A DNA stretch of 63,442 bases, counting the filler, from Chiloscyllium plagiosum (taxonomy: Eukaryota): NCBI RefSeq assembly GCF_004010195.1. It is 4 parts of one record of this genome, joined end to end, with 100 filler letters (N's around TTAATTAATTAA, not from the genome) between each part and the next. Parts side by side here need not be neighbours in the genome. Positions count along the whole stretch, not along the records: positions 49,809 to 63,442 come from NC_057710.1; 3 more parts are not named here. One strand, 5' to 3'. The stretch's first letter is position 1. Each line of letters starts with the position of its first letter. The notes under the pieces are model-generated. The model saw only the letters and a program-made list of their open reading frames with translations. It searched no databases and was not told the origin of the DNA. Positions 50,608 through 62,961 of this stretch are shown here, piece by piece. The translations under genes were made by a program, and so were the position numbers.

Positions 50608-53010
50608 AGTTTGGCCAAGCATTGGGACTTTGCGATCTTCCTGGATAATCCGATATCGAATAATCAAATTCCTCTGTATATATGTTGCCAGGGATTTTGG
50701 AAATATTTCCTGGTGGTTTTGTGATTTGGCACCTTTTGTAGAATGTTGACACAGTGCCATAGCCAAGATTAGAGTGGCGCTGGAAAAGCACAGCAGGGCA
50801 GGCAGCATCCGAGGAGCTGGAAAATCGACATTTCGGGCAAAAGCGCTTCATCAGGAAAGAGCGATAACCAGCCAGCCAATGGGTGCTGGAGGTATTGTTT
50901 GCCGATGATCAGAAGACTAACCAAAAAGATATGCCAGGCTGCATTCAGATCGCAAGATTTTATTTTGGTAAGTGGGAGGAGGGCATTGCCCTGAGGGCAC
51001 TTGAGAGTCAGCCATGTTGTTGTATTTCTCAAGTCACACGTATGCCAGAACAGTTTCCTTCACAAAAGAAGATTAGTGATCCAAATGGGTTTTCCCAACA
51101 ATTGACATTAGTTTCATGGTTATCATTCCAATCCTAATTCCAGATTCTTATTAAATTCAAATTCACCATCAGCCAGACTAGATAAAGATTACCATTTCCT
51201 TCCCTAAAGAACATTAGTGAACCATTTTTTTTTCTGACAATTGGTTTTATTGTCATCATTAGACTTTTATTTCTAGATTTTTATTGAATTCAAATTCCAC
51301 TATCTGCCATGGTGCGGTTCAAACCCAGATTCCCCCAGAAAACTGCCTGGGTCTCTGAATTAATAATCTAGTGATAATATCCACGAGGCCATCACCTCTC
51401 CCTGTCCCCAATTGTTCAAATGCAGACAATCGATCAGCTTTCTCATCATCAATCATCCCAAACAATACATCTACCATCCCAGTCCCTTTCCTAACACCAT
51501 CAAGAAATATATCAGCAAAACTAGAATACTGCAGATGCTGGAAGTCTGAAATTAAATAAAACAAAACAAAATTTAGGAAAAGCTCAGCTGCTCAGGGATC
51601 ACCTACAGGGAGAGAAACAGAATGAAGGATTCTCCATTTTTAAGGTAAAGTACAGCGGTGGATGACATTAAGAGCAGAGCAGCCCACCCTCCTCACCCTG
51701 TACCGCTACAAAAGAGAAAGAGCGCCAGATCAAGTGCCACGCCGGCACTTAAATGGTCACCCAGTGAGCTTTTTGGTGGATCACTTCCTGGGATAGCTGT
51801 GTTCCGCCCCACCTGAAGCAACTAGCCAATAACAGGCCGGCAGGCAATGTGGGCAGCAGTGCCATCTCAAAGCCCAGGCTGCTGAGGGTACAGCAATCCC
51901 AAATTCCAGCAGCAGCTTTCAAGGCAAGTGACTCTTTGGTGGGCTATCATGGTGAGGGCAGTCAATGCTGTCAGTACACACCACCCCCAGTGGGAGAGCT
52001 GCCACGTTTCACACTTGCTGGGAACAGCATTAACCGAGGTGTTGGCAGAAAGAAGCCCTGATGTGATCACTAATTGACCATTTAACAGTCTTAATTAGTT
52101 GCAGGTCAGGAAGGCCAACTCTGTGCTTCCCACCCAGAATATATTTCTGAGGATGCAGGAAAAGGACGGGTATTTCTCAAGTCTGATTCTTTTCCCTACC
52201 TGCCACTTTTTCCCTGACTCTCAGGAGGGCAAAGTCCCAACCAATATTTCAAGTCAACAACAATTTCCAAAAGTAAAAAATAACATCTGCCAGTCCTTCT
52301 TACCAATCTAGCTGCCAATTCATCTTGCCAATCAGCCAACATTTCAAGTTAACTCTTTGTCAAAATGTTTCAACAGAAAGCAGCAACATCTGCCCATTAT
52401 TGCTCTATCTCTCTCTTAAATTATTTGTGCTTTTTTCCAATACTGCACTTAAGCAAAGTCTTCTCTTAACAAAAAAATGTAAATTTCTAAACCAGCAATG
52501 TGCTTTTGATAGCACATTTAAAGCAGCAAACATCTCAACTGATAGGTGGTTATTGAAGGATTGGAACAGGAGCTAATGTTTACCCAGTTTACCTTTATTC
52601 ACAGAATAAAACATGACAAGTATTTACTGACTAACTCAACTACATTACAATGCCAATAAACATTTCTAAAATTAGCATCAATTGACCAGTCTTGGCATGT
52701 TATGACACACCTCCATGGCAAGTGAGACTTGACCGTGGACGTCTGGCTTAGAGATAGGGTCACTACCATTGCAACATAGGAACCCCTTAAAATTTACTGT
52801 ATTAACGATGTCTAGGATCAAGTCCAGAATGGGGATGATCTCATTGTGCTATACCCATCACAGTAAATATTTTAAATAAACCAAATAAATTCAAACTGAG
52901 CCATCCAAGGGCTGAGCATCTCTAAGGTGTGCAGTTGCAGGAAAGTTGAAGGAAAATTATCAGTTAAAATTAAAATATTATTTTCTGGGGTGATGTCACA
53001 TTCTGGGCGC

Positions 53011-53240
53011 TACAGTACCCACTACAATCTGATATAACGCGATAGTCCCGTTCCTGTGCGATCGCGCATTATAAGTAAATCGCATAATAGCGGCACCACT
53101 TAAACCAATTGGACCGGAATCGTGTTATAGCCAGTACAGGTAAGGAAAGTTTGCATTCTACAAATAACAGTCTAAATTCTTCAATCACGTTATAGCCAGT
53201 TTGCGTTGAAGAAATGTGTATTATAGCAGGACCAACTGTA
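53011..53240. mobile_element. Tigger/pogo-like MITE
   Basis: TA-CAGT...ACTG-TA ends; internal (C)GTTATAG/TATAACG repeats; CpG retention. Confidence 0.7.
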
Positions 53241-53624
53241 ATCACAGAAGTGCTGAAGTGTACAGTGGATAATGTCCCATTTCCAAGGACATCTGGCTAC
53301 AGGTATAAGCACGAAAAAGACGTAGGCAGTCAGGTGTCAAAAAAGTTGTTAATGGAATTTGGTTCTACCACTTGGTTTGGTGGGATTGGACTCCATATCC
53401 TGGAGTATAGCCCAAGCCTTTAGATTATTCGTTCAGTGACATTACTACTATCTCATCATTCTCCTTTGTGCAGGGTGTTCTCAAGGTATTTTTTCATCAA
53501 CCTGTTCAGAAGCGTTATTACATACTTCTGGAATAGGGACTTTGACCCAGGCATTCAGCTCAGAGGTAGGAACACTAACACTGCATCACAAGAGGCCCTG
53601 CAGCCTGTGCTCACTGTTTGCAGT

Positions 53625-55715
53625 TGAGAGGAAGAAGTTTCAGCCAGATATAACAGCATTAGAATTGAGTAAAGATAACTACAAAGACATGAGGGAGAGG
53701 CTGGCCAAGTGGGGATGACAGTGGAGCAGCAATAGTAGGAGTTTCTGGGGTTAATTCGGGAGGCACAGCAGAAATTCGTTCCAAGGAAGACGAAACATAT
53801 TAAGGGGGGACAAGGCAACAGTGACTGACAAGGGAGGTCAGAGACAACATGAAAGGAAAAGAAAATGTGTACTATGTGGTGCAAATTAGTGGGAAGCAAA
53901 AGGATTGGGAAGTCTTCAAAAACCAGCAGAGGATAACTAAAAAAGCAACAGGGAGGAGAAGATGAAATATAAGAGTGAGCTAGCTAGTAATCTAAAAGAA
54001 GATTGAAAGAGTTTTCTTAGATATCTAAAACATAAGAAAGAGGCACGATTGGACATTGAAATGAGGCTGGAGATGTAATACTGGGCAATAAAGAAATAGT
54101 GGAGAAACTGAATAGATACTTTGTATCAGTTTTCACAGTGCAAGACACCAGCAGCATATCAGAACTTCAAGAGAGTCAGGGGCAGAGGTGAGTGTAGTGA
54201 CCATCACTAAGGAGAAGATGTCGGGGAGACACCTGAAGGTGGATAGTTTGCCTGGACCAGGTGGACTATACCCCAGAGTTCTGAAGGAGATAGCTGAGAA
54301 GATTGTGGAAGCTATTAGTGGTGATTTTTCAGGACTAACTGGAGTCAGGGAGGGTTCCAAATGGCTGAAAAATGGCTAAAGTAACACTCCTGTTTAAGAA
54401 GGGGAGGAGGCAGAAGACAAGAAATTATAGGCTGGTTAGTTCGACCTCAGTCATTGGTACAGTTTCAGAGTCCATTATTAAGAAGGAGATTGTGGAGTAC
54501 TTGGAAATGCATGGTAAAATAGAACCGAGTCAGCACAGCATCTTCAAGGGGAGGTCATGCCTGACAAATCTGTTAGAATTCTTTGAGGAGGGATCGAGTA
54601 AGTTAACTAAAGGAGAGCCAGTGGACATGTTCTATTTGAATTTCCAGAAGGCCATACAGGGGGACACTGAATAAAATAAGAGACCATGGTGTTTGGGGCA
54701 AGATACTGACATGGTTGGAGGATTGGCTAACTGGCAGAAGGCAGAGAGTAGGGATAAAGGGGAATGTTTCAGGATGACAGCCGGTAACTAGTGGAAATCC
54801 CTAGGGATCAGTGTTGGGACTACTTATAACCATTCACATTACACATTAATGATCTCGACAAAGGAACTGAGAGCATTATTGCTAAGTTTTGCAGATGACA
54901 CAAAGATAGATGGAGAAACAGTAGTGTTGAAGAAATAGGGAGGCTGCAGAGGACATGGACAGGCTAACAGAGTGAGCAAAGAAGTGGCAGATGGAGTACA
55001 ATGTGGAAAAGCATGAAATTATGCACTTTGGTTGGAAGAATAGAGGTGGAGATTATCTTCTAAATGGGGAAAAGCTTCAGAAAACTGAAGCACAAAGGAA
55101 CTTAGAAGTCCTAGTTCAGGATTCTCTTCAGGTAATAGGCAGGTTCACTTGGCGGTTAGGAAGGTAAGAAGGCTAGAAGAATAAGGATGTACTGCTGAGT
55201 CAGACTGGATTTGGAATATTGGGAGCAGTTTCAGGCCCCATATCTAAGGATGGAGTGCAGGAGAGGTTTACAAGAATGATCCCAGGAATGAATACAGACC
55301 CAGAATCCTCAAATGCTTGTCATTTGAAGAGCATTTGAGGATTCTGGGTCTATATTCAATGGTGTTTAGAAACTTACAGAGCACTGAGAGGCAGAGATAA
55401 AGTGGACACGGAGAAGATGTTTCCACAGATAGGAGAGACTGGAACAGCCTCAAAGTGAAGAGACGACCCTTTAAAACTAAGATGAAGATGAATACCTTCA
55501 GCCAGAGGGTGGTGAATCTGTGGAACCCATTGCTGTAGAGGGCTGTGGAGGCCAAGTCATTGATTTGTATTTAAGACAGAGATGGATAGGTTCTTGATTG
55601 GCATGGGGATCAAGGGTCACAGGAAGAAGCCAGGAGAATGGGGATGAGAAACCTGTCAGAGCAGATTTGATGGGTCAAATGGCCTAATCTGCACCTACAG
55701 TTTATGGTTTTAAGT
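53625..55715 (+). mobile_element. Old CR1 ORF2, about 2 kb, heavily decayed
   Basis: GPGGLYPRVLKEIA, NYRLVS.TSV, KGRSCLTNLLEFFE, ADDTKI. Confidence 0.9.
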
Positions 55716-55954
55716 AACAACCCAATCATCAGCATCCATAGTAGAAGATAATTGTTATACAATTAACCCCAAAGGCTTTCACAGGAGGTCTATTAATCAA
55801 ATTAACATAAATTACATTAAAAGAGGCGATGGCCTTATTATTATTGTTAGATGCTTAATCCAGAAACCCAGCTAATTTAAAAAAAAAATCTATTTATGGG
55901 CATCGCTGGGTGGGCAGCATTTATTAACCATGTCTAGTTTCCCTTGAGGAGGTG

Positions 55955-56103
55955 GTAGGCAAAAGTGAGGACTGCAGATGCTGGAAATAAGAGTCTCGAT
56001 GTAGAATGTTTCATTCCTGATGAAGGGCTTTTGCCCGAAACATCGATTTTCCTGCTCCTCGGATGCTGCCTGAACTGCTGTGCTTTTCCAGCACCACTCT
56101 AAT
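55955..56103. mobile_element. Penelope family B pseudo-LTR insert with inverted tail; hammerhead at 56013-56048 (+)
   Basis: ATTCCTGATGAAGGGCTTTTGCCCGAAACATCG; flanked by CTTGA(GG/AA)AGGTGGT. Confidence 0.85.
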
Positions 56104-57247
56104 CTTGAAAAGGTGGTGGTGAGCTGCCTTCTTGAACTGCTGGCAAGTGGGTGAGTGCAGCCCTAACAACACTTGAGAGGCTTGGCACCATCCAGAACAC
56201 TTGATTGGCTCCACATCCACAAGCATCCACTGCACCACCGGCACTCAGTAGCAGCAGTATGAACTGTTCATAAGGTGCACTGCAGAAATTCACCAAAGAT
56301 TCTCAGATAGCACCATCCAAGCCCACAACCACTTCCATCTAGAAGGACAAGGGCAGCAGATACGTGGGAACACCACCAACTGCAAGTTCCCCTCTCAGCC
56401 ACTCACCACCCTCACTTGCAAATACATCGCTCCTCCTTCACTGGGTCAAAATCCTGGAATTCCCTCCATAATGGCATTGTGGGTCAATCTACAGCAGGTG
56501 GACTGTAGAGGTTCAAGAAAGCAGCTCACCACCACCTTCTAATTATCTGGGGACAAAAGTTTGAATCCAACCATGGCAGCTGGGATTATTGAATTCAATA
56601 ATTTTTCCCTTTGCATGGAGCCTTTCCTGTGTTTCTTGTGGAGCAGGCACTGCGCAGGCCAAGCATAGGGGTGGTCCTCTTGGATTACGCCCACAACGTG
56701 CTCCTTGTGTTCACTGACCAAGCTAACCGGGGGAGGGTGCGCGAGTACTTGGCGGTGTCTTCTGCCCAGATCAACTGGGCCAAATATTCCAGTCAGCCCA
56801 GGGCAGGTGTACTCTTGCTGAGGTATCACTGGGGTTCAGCTGGAGGACCAGCCAACTCCTCTATCTAGGGTTCAAACCCAGCTCGGATGAGGAACCTTGG
56901 CCGGCCAATTGGCAGGAGCTGGCAGCTTGCCAGGACCACTCTGAGTGCTGTCTTACATGAGCTGAGTGTTGGTCATAAACCAACTGGTAGCCGCCATGTT
57001 ATGGGACCAGCTGTTCCATTTTTTCCTTCCTCCTGGGTTTGTCACTGACATCCAGAGAACGTTAGTTCACTTCTTCTGGTAACAAAAGACGCGTTGGGTC
57101 ATAGCACAGGTGCTGCGTCTTCCTACTGAGGAGGCAGTCAGTCACTGATGTGGTGACTTTTCAACTTCAGACCTTGCAGCAATACCTTTACGTTGTGACA
57201 TATTTTATCTTAATCTGTGACAGCTTGGAGGTCCTAATATTAGAATA

Positions 57248-57556
57248 GATTAGATTACTTACAGTGTGGAAACAGGCCCTTCGGCCCAACAAGTCCATAC
57301 CGACCCGCCGAAGCGCAATCCACTAGACCCATTCCCCTACATTTACCCCTTCATCTAACACTATGGGCAATTTAGCATGGCCAATTCACTTGACCTGCAC
57401 ATTTTTGGACTGTGGGAGGAAACCGGAGCACCCGGAGGAAACCCACGCAGACACTGGGAGAATGTTCAAACTCCACACAGAGACTTGCCTGAGGCGGGAA
57501 TTGAACCCGGGTCTCTGGCGCTGTGAGGCAACTATGCTAACCGCTGTGCCACCGTG
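57248..57556 (-). mobile_element. HE1 SINE
   Basis: CACGGTGGCACAGCGGTTAGCAT head; GGGTTCAATTCC B box. Confidence 0.93.
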
Positions 57557-57559
57557 CAA

Positions 57560-58750
57560 CCCACAGGTCATCCTCAAGACGCTGCCTGTCTTTTCCAGGG
57601 ACCTGATCACTGTCTGGAATGTGGTCAACTCACACTGGGCCTGCCCTCTGGTAGGAGTAGCGGCTGTCGTCAGGGAATGGTTGCTCAGGAATCTACACCT
57701 ACGTCCCCACAGGTTCGGGTGGCTGTTGGAGGGGAGGGGTGTGGCTACGGGGTGTGGCCAAGGGGTGACCAGAGTCAGAACTGGGCCTGAGCTGGACGCT
57801 GCTGTAGGAATTGGCGTGCAGGATGGCGGTAGGCATCCGGATTGCAACCACTGCCATCCCACCCCAAATGAAACTGCTTGGACCCGATGTCGTGCACTAG
57901 CTGAAGGATGCTCAGGTGTGCAGTGGAGTCCCAACCACATGTACCTCTGTCCGGACAGAATTTAACATTGGCCCCAGGATCCTTCTCCCAGGAGCCTGTG
58001 CCCCACCACCTGAGCTGGCTCCAGAATACGTTTTGTGTGTCGTTCAGGGATGCAAAATGGCAATTCCTCTACAGACTGCTGCTGTGTACCATCCACCTCT
58101 TCTCTTTTCTCCACCACCCGGACACGCCTTGTGTGACGATTTACCACCAGGCGGTGGGGATTGCCAGTATGTTGGAGTCTCCTCCTTTCTTTCAGGGACA
58201 TGGGGTGGAGGGTGCTGCACGCAGCTGTCCCCTGTAACGGCAGATTATGGTGGTTTACAGATTCCTGGTCCAACTGTTGTTCTGTGGAGTCTGTGGACCG
58301 TGTGTATATAGGTTGTGGGGGCCTGCCCCTCTTCCACAGCAAAGGTTAAGCCCACATGACCTTGGAGAGGGAGTACACGGTGTCCGCCAATGCTCTTGAT
58401 ACTTTCAGGCAGAGATGGGAACTGCGGGGGGGAGGAGGGGGTTGGAGTGCTTTTTACCCCCTCCAACTCCGTTTTGATTTAATCCCTACCCTCCCCCTTC
58501 ACTTTCTTCACTTAAGCATTACCCAGATCTGGCTTTGCTTGTTACTGGTTCACTAGCCACATGGGTGCTTTTCAGTTGGTGGAAATATTGAATCAATTTT
58601 TTTGTACAGTGTTTTTTTTTACTGAGTCATTGCACATATGCACACACACAACACAGGTGTTGTGGAGAACAAAAACAAGCATGACTTGTGTGGTGTGGGG
58701 GAATAAAGAGAAAAAGAAGAGGAGAAGGAAAAAAGATGAATAAATAAATG
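57560..58750 (+). mobile_element. Tx1/L1-clade LINE 3' fragment (ORF2 C-terminus and tail), decayed
   Basis: LPVFSRDLITVW..LLRNLHL; DMGWRVLHAAVP; ESVDRVYIGC; LERE...FRQRW; A-rich tail. Confidence 0.7.
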
Positions 58751-59359
58751 TGTAAGCTATGGTTGGGAGAGGCAGTAGTCTTGTGGTATCATCACTAGAC
58801 TGTTAATCCACAGAGCCGAGTGTGGTGCTGGAAAAACACAGCAGATCAGGAAGCATCCAAAGGGCAGGAGAATCGATGTTTTTGGCATAAGCCTTTCTTC
58901 AGGAATGTTAATCCAGAGACCCAGGTAATGTTCTGGGGGATCTGAGTTTGAATCCAGCCATGGCAGATGATGAAATTTGAATTTGAATTCAATAAGAATC
59001 TGGAAGTAGAAGTCTAACAATGACAAAGAATCCATTCAGGAAAAACCCGTTTGGTTTGCTAATGTCCTTTAGGGAAAGAGACTGCCAATCTTACCTGGTC
59101 TGGTCTACAGACTCCAGACCCACAGCAATGCGGTTGACTGTTAACTGCCCTCAGGGCAATGAGGAATGGGCAATAAATACTGAACAAACTCAGGGCCAGA
59201 ACTCTACTGCTTCTGAGTGGATAGAAAACTCCTCTCCTGAGATGCCAGCCAATTCCACTAGGTAGCAGCCTGACCTGCTGTGCTTTTCCAGCACCACTTT
59301 GATCTAAACGCTGGATTCTAGCATCTGCAGTCCTCACTTTTGCCTAGCTAATTCCACTG

Positions 59360-59927
59360 GTTTTCTTTCAAGGAAGAAAGGTTGGGACAGAGGTACTGAG
59401 TAGTATGCTTCAAGCCAATAAAGTCACCAGGGGTTGTTTTAAAAGTTGGAACAATAGAAGCATCCTGAATGGGTGGAGTCAAGCACCCACAGAACCTGAA
59501 TTGTTTTGTTTTAGCTTTCTGCAATTGCTGGTGTCTTGAAGTTGGGTGTGGAAGCTTTTATTCCTCTCTCTCTGTTACAGCCACAAACTAGGGCTCTCTT
59601 CCTGTTGCTAGAATTATAATTGAGAAAATCTGTTTTACTGTCTTTGCCTTTGCCAAGCGTGTGTTTATGGGATGCAGCTAATTAGTTAATTAGTGGTAGC
59701 TAATATATACATTATTTTGTTAAGTATCTTGATGGAGTTAGTTAAGCCAATTCTTTTCATTTACATGTATTTTGTCTGTATTTTAACTATAGTGTTAAAA
59801 TAAAGTGTGTTTTGATCAAAGCTGAGTAGCTTGCATCTGGATGCAACACCATACACCTTTCAACTAAGAAAATGTTAGTGTCCAGGCTATCTCCTTAATA
59901 TATTTTGAGGGATTCTGGTCCATAACA
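59360..59927 (+). mobile_element. 5'-truncated LTR of the same family as 33529-34294
   Basis: Shared blocks CAAGCCAATAA, TGAATG.GTGGAGTCA, CTTTGCCTTTG, CTCCTT.ATATATT; AATAAA; ends ATAACA. Confidence 0.7.
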
Positions 59928-60469
59928 GGACTCCAAAGAGCTACAGGTAAATGAGGACAGTTTAAGCTCCAAGACAGATAAGTCTGGGGTTTTACGGTGA
60001 GAGGTGTGATCAGAGACAATAGAGGGGGTTGGGAGGTTGGGTGGGCGCTGTAGTTCAGCAAAAATGAATGAAGTAACATGTGACAACTTGCAGGCTATAC
60101 ACTCAATGCATAGGGGACATTCCCCAGTTGATTAGCTTCCCCTACTTCCTTCCTTCCATCAATAATAGCCTATACACTCTGACCGACCTTCTATTGCCCT
60201 GTATTTTGTTGCAGTGGAGACTAACTGGCATTTGGAATGGTAAAACCAATTGGGCAGCTAAGGTCCTACATAGACCATGACACCAGAGCGCAGTACAGGC
60301 ACTTTGGCCCTCGATGTTGCGCCAACCTCAGTCAATCCAAGGGCTGGCAGCACTAAATGTACCCAGAATCCATATTATGGAGAAGAGGTTGGGTGTGGAT
60401 AGGAAGAAGAAATGGACAGCGGATATACTTTACATCCCTACCCCACAATTAACTGACCCAACTGAGGAA

Positions 60470-61030
60470 GGGGGATGTGCCAGACCCAGGGATTTTAGGG
60501 AAGGAATCCCAGGATTTTGGAACTTGGCAGCTGGAGGCGTGGCCACCAACACTGGATTAATGAAGATCAGGGTTGCTCTAGAATTGGAGGTGGTCACACA
60601 GGGTTGTGTTTCTAGTGGAAATGAAGGACAACAGCCTGAATCTCCCCAAAATTTAGCTGCAGGAAGTTTCTGCATCTGCAGTTCTGATTGGTCTAGAGAT
60701 CTAAAGGTAATGAAGAAATTGAAAGAGGTAGGGCACATTACAGCTTGGTGTCTTGATACATAGAGACGGATGTCAACAAGGAGGTCAGTATCTAGATGAG
60801 AACTAGGAATTATTTCAGCAAGAGAAAGTGCTCCTGTTAGATGTGGGTCCTCAGAAAGACCAGGCTATCAATTTTTTCAATTATCATGATGGCCAGTAGA
60901 AATCCTGAAGTCCTATGAATATTTAGAACTTTTAATTCCAAGATATTTTGGTTTAAAGATTATTGCTACAAAAAAAGATAAGATGGACATAATTTCTGTT
61001 TTTTCTGGAAAAGCCTTCAGTGGGACTCAT
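60470..61030 (-). mobile_element. Old L2 LINE 3' fragment
   Basis: Minus strand GGTGGCCACGCCTCCAGCTGCCAAG...TGGGATTCCTTCCCTAAA resembles the L2 C-terminus (AFS...WNSLP); similar relics at about 15.8-16.1 and 43.9-44.4 kb. Confidence 0.55.
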
Positions 61031-61246
61031 GGATTATTACATCGGTAAAATGTCAAGGAAACTTCAAACGTAGAGAGAGAGAGCGATGTAACAGAAAAAG
61101 ATAAGTTGGACAGCAGCTGCTTCCCCCCTCTCAGCAGAAAGCCACCTCTTGCAGGCCATTTACATGTTTTGCCATTCCAGGAATGTACAGAAAAGGGTTT
61201 AAAAACTATCTGTAATCCTTGGTCTGTGTGCAATAGTAGGAATTTG

Positions 61247-61549
61247 TGGGCGGCACGGTGGCACAGTGGTTAGCACTGCTGCCTCACAGCGCCAGAGACC
61301 CGGGTTCAATTCCTGCCTCAGGCGACTGACTCTGTGGAGTTTGCACGTTCTCCCCGTGTCTGCGTGGGTTTCCTCCGGGTGCTCCAGTTTCCTCCCACAG
61401 TCCAAAGATGTGCAGGTAAGGTGAATTGGCCATGCTAAATTGCCCGTAGGTAAGGGGTAAATCTAGGGGCATGGGTGGGTTGCACTTCGGCGGGTCGGTG
61501 TGGACTTGTTGGGCCGAATGTAATGTAATGTAATCTAATCTAATCTAAT
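61247..61549 (+). mobile_element. HE1 SINE, near full length
   Basis: GGGCGGCACGGTGGCACAGTGGTTAGC (A box), GGTTCAATTCC (B box), (TAATG/TAATC)n tail. Confidence 0.95.
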
Positions 61550-61886
61550 GAATTGTTCTGCTCGTGGAAGAGAATCCGCTCATGAACTGGGGCACTTATG
61601 TGTACCAGCCTATATTCCAGCATGAGTATGCTGTAAAGGTTGCAGTTGAACAACAAAGCTGTAATCACCTCTGCTTTGCAGGTAAAAGGATTTTCTCACG
61701 CTGAGTGCTGGAAGCCAGCTAAAAGGAAACAAGACTATAGAAGGATTCTCACACCCTAAATGCTACAAATGAACAAACATCAAAGGACACAGGATTAAAG
61801 GATTTCAACTAACTGAAAAACTCTATCAACTATACATGAACAAACCAACAAGACTGATCTATATAGCTTTTAACTTTTTTAGATCA

Positions 61887-61930
61887 TGTGTGTGTGTGTG
61901 TGTGTATGTGTGTGTGTATGTGTGTGTGTA
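61887..61930. repeat. (TG)n microsatellite
   Basis: Interrupted TG run. Confidence 0.95.
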
Positions 61931-62289
61931 TTATTCTTGTTTCTTCACATTTACTAACAAATAAGCTCACTCTTTCACTTCATGCATAGTTTAAGAATTA
62001 GGCCGTTCAGGAGTGATGATGGAAAGCACTTGTTTATGCAAATGGTTGTGGAGGTTTGGAACTCTCTTCCTCAAATGGTGATCGATGCAAATTTATTTGT
62101 GAAATTTAAATCTGAGATAGACAAATTTTTTATTAAGTAAGGGTATCGAGGGATATGGAGCTAAGGCAGACATATGGCGTTAGGCCACAGATCAGCCATT
62201 ATCTTATTGAATGGCAGATGAACCTTGAGGAACTGAGGGACTCCTGTTCCTATGTTGGTCCTATGTTGTTTCTCACTCAAAGAATTAGC

Positions 62290-62960
62290 TCACTTGGAGT
62301 ATCATGTTCAGCTTTGGTCACCTTGCTATTGGAAAGACGTTATTAAACAGGAAAAACTGCAGAAGAAATTTACAAGGATGTTGTCAGGACTCAATGGTCT
62401 GAGTTATAGAGAGAGGTTGGACAAGCTAGAACATTTTCCTTTAGAGCATAGGAGACTGAAGGGGGATCTTATAGATCTTATGGGCGGCACATTGGTTAGC
62501 ACTGTTGCCTCACAGCGCCAGAGACCCGGGTTCAATTCCCACCTCAGGCGACTGTGTGGAGTTTGCACATTCTCTCCGTGTCTGCGTGAGTTTCCTCCGG
62601 ATGCTCCGGTTTCCTCCCACAGTCCAAAAATGTACAGGTCGGGTGAATTGGCTGTGCTAAATTGCCCGTAGTGTTAGGTGAAGGGGTGAAATGTAGGGGA
62701 ATGGGTCTGGGTGGGTTGCGCTTTGATGGGTCTTGTTAGGCTGAAGGGCCTGTTTCCACACTGTAAGTAATCTAATCATGAGAGGCATGGATAGGGTAAA
62801 TGCACTCTGTCTTTTTCCTGGGTTTGGAGAATCAAGGAGTAGAGGGCATCAGTTTAAGGTGAGAGGGGAAACAAATAAAAGGGAACCTGAGGGGCAATTT
62901 TTTTATACAAAGAATGGTACACATATGGGATGAGCTGCCAGCTAAAGTGGTTGAAGTAGA
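62290..62960 (+). mobile_element. CR1 3' fragment split by an HE1 SINE (62482-62778)
   Basis: HLEYHVQLWSP...RRLKGDLI, then HE1, then MRGMDRV. Confidence 0.9.
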
Positions 62961-62961
62961 T

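Noticed and set aside
61247..61320. tRNA-like A/B boxes as tRNA genes
   Set aside because: These are heads of HE1 SINEs, continuous with the SINE body and tail
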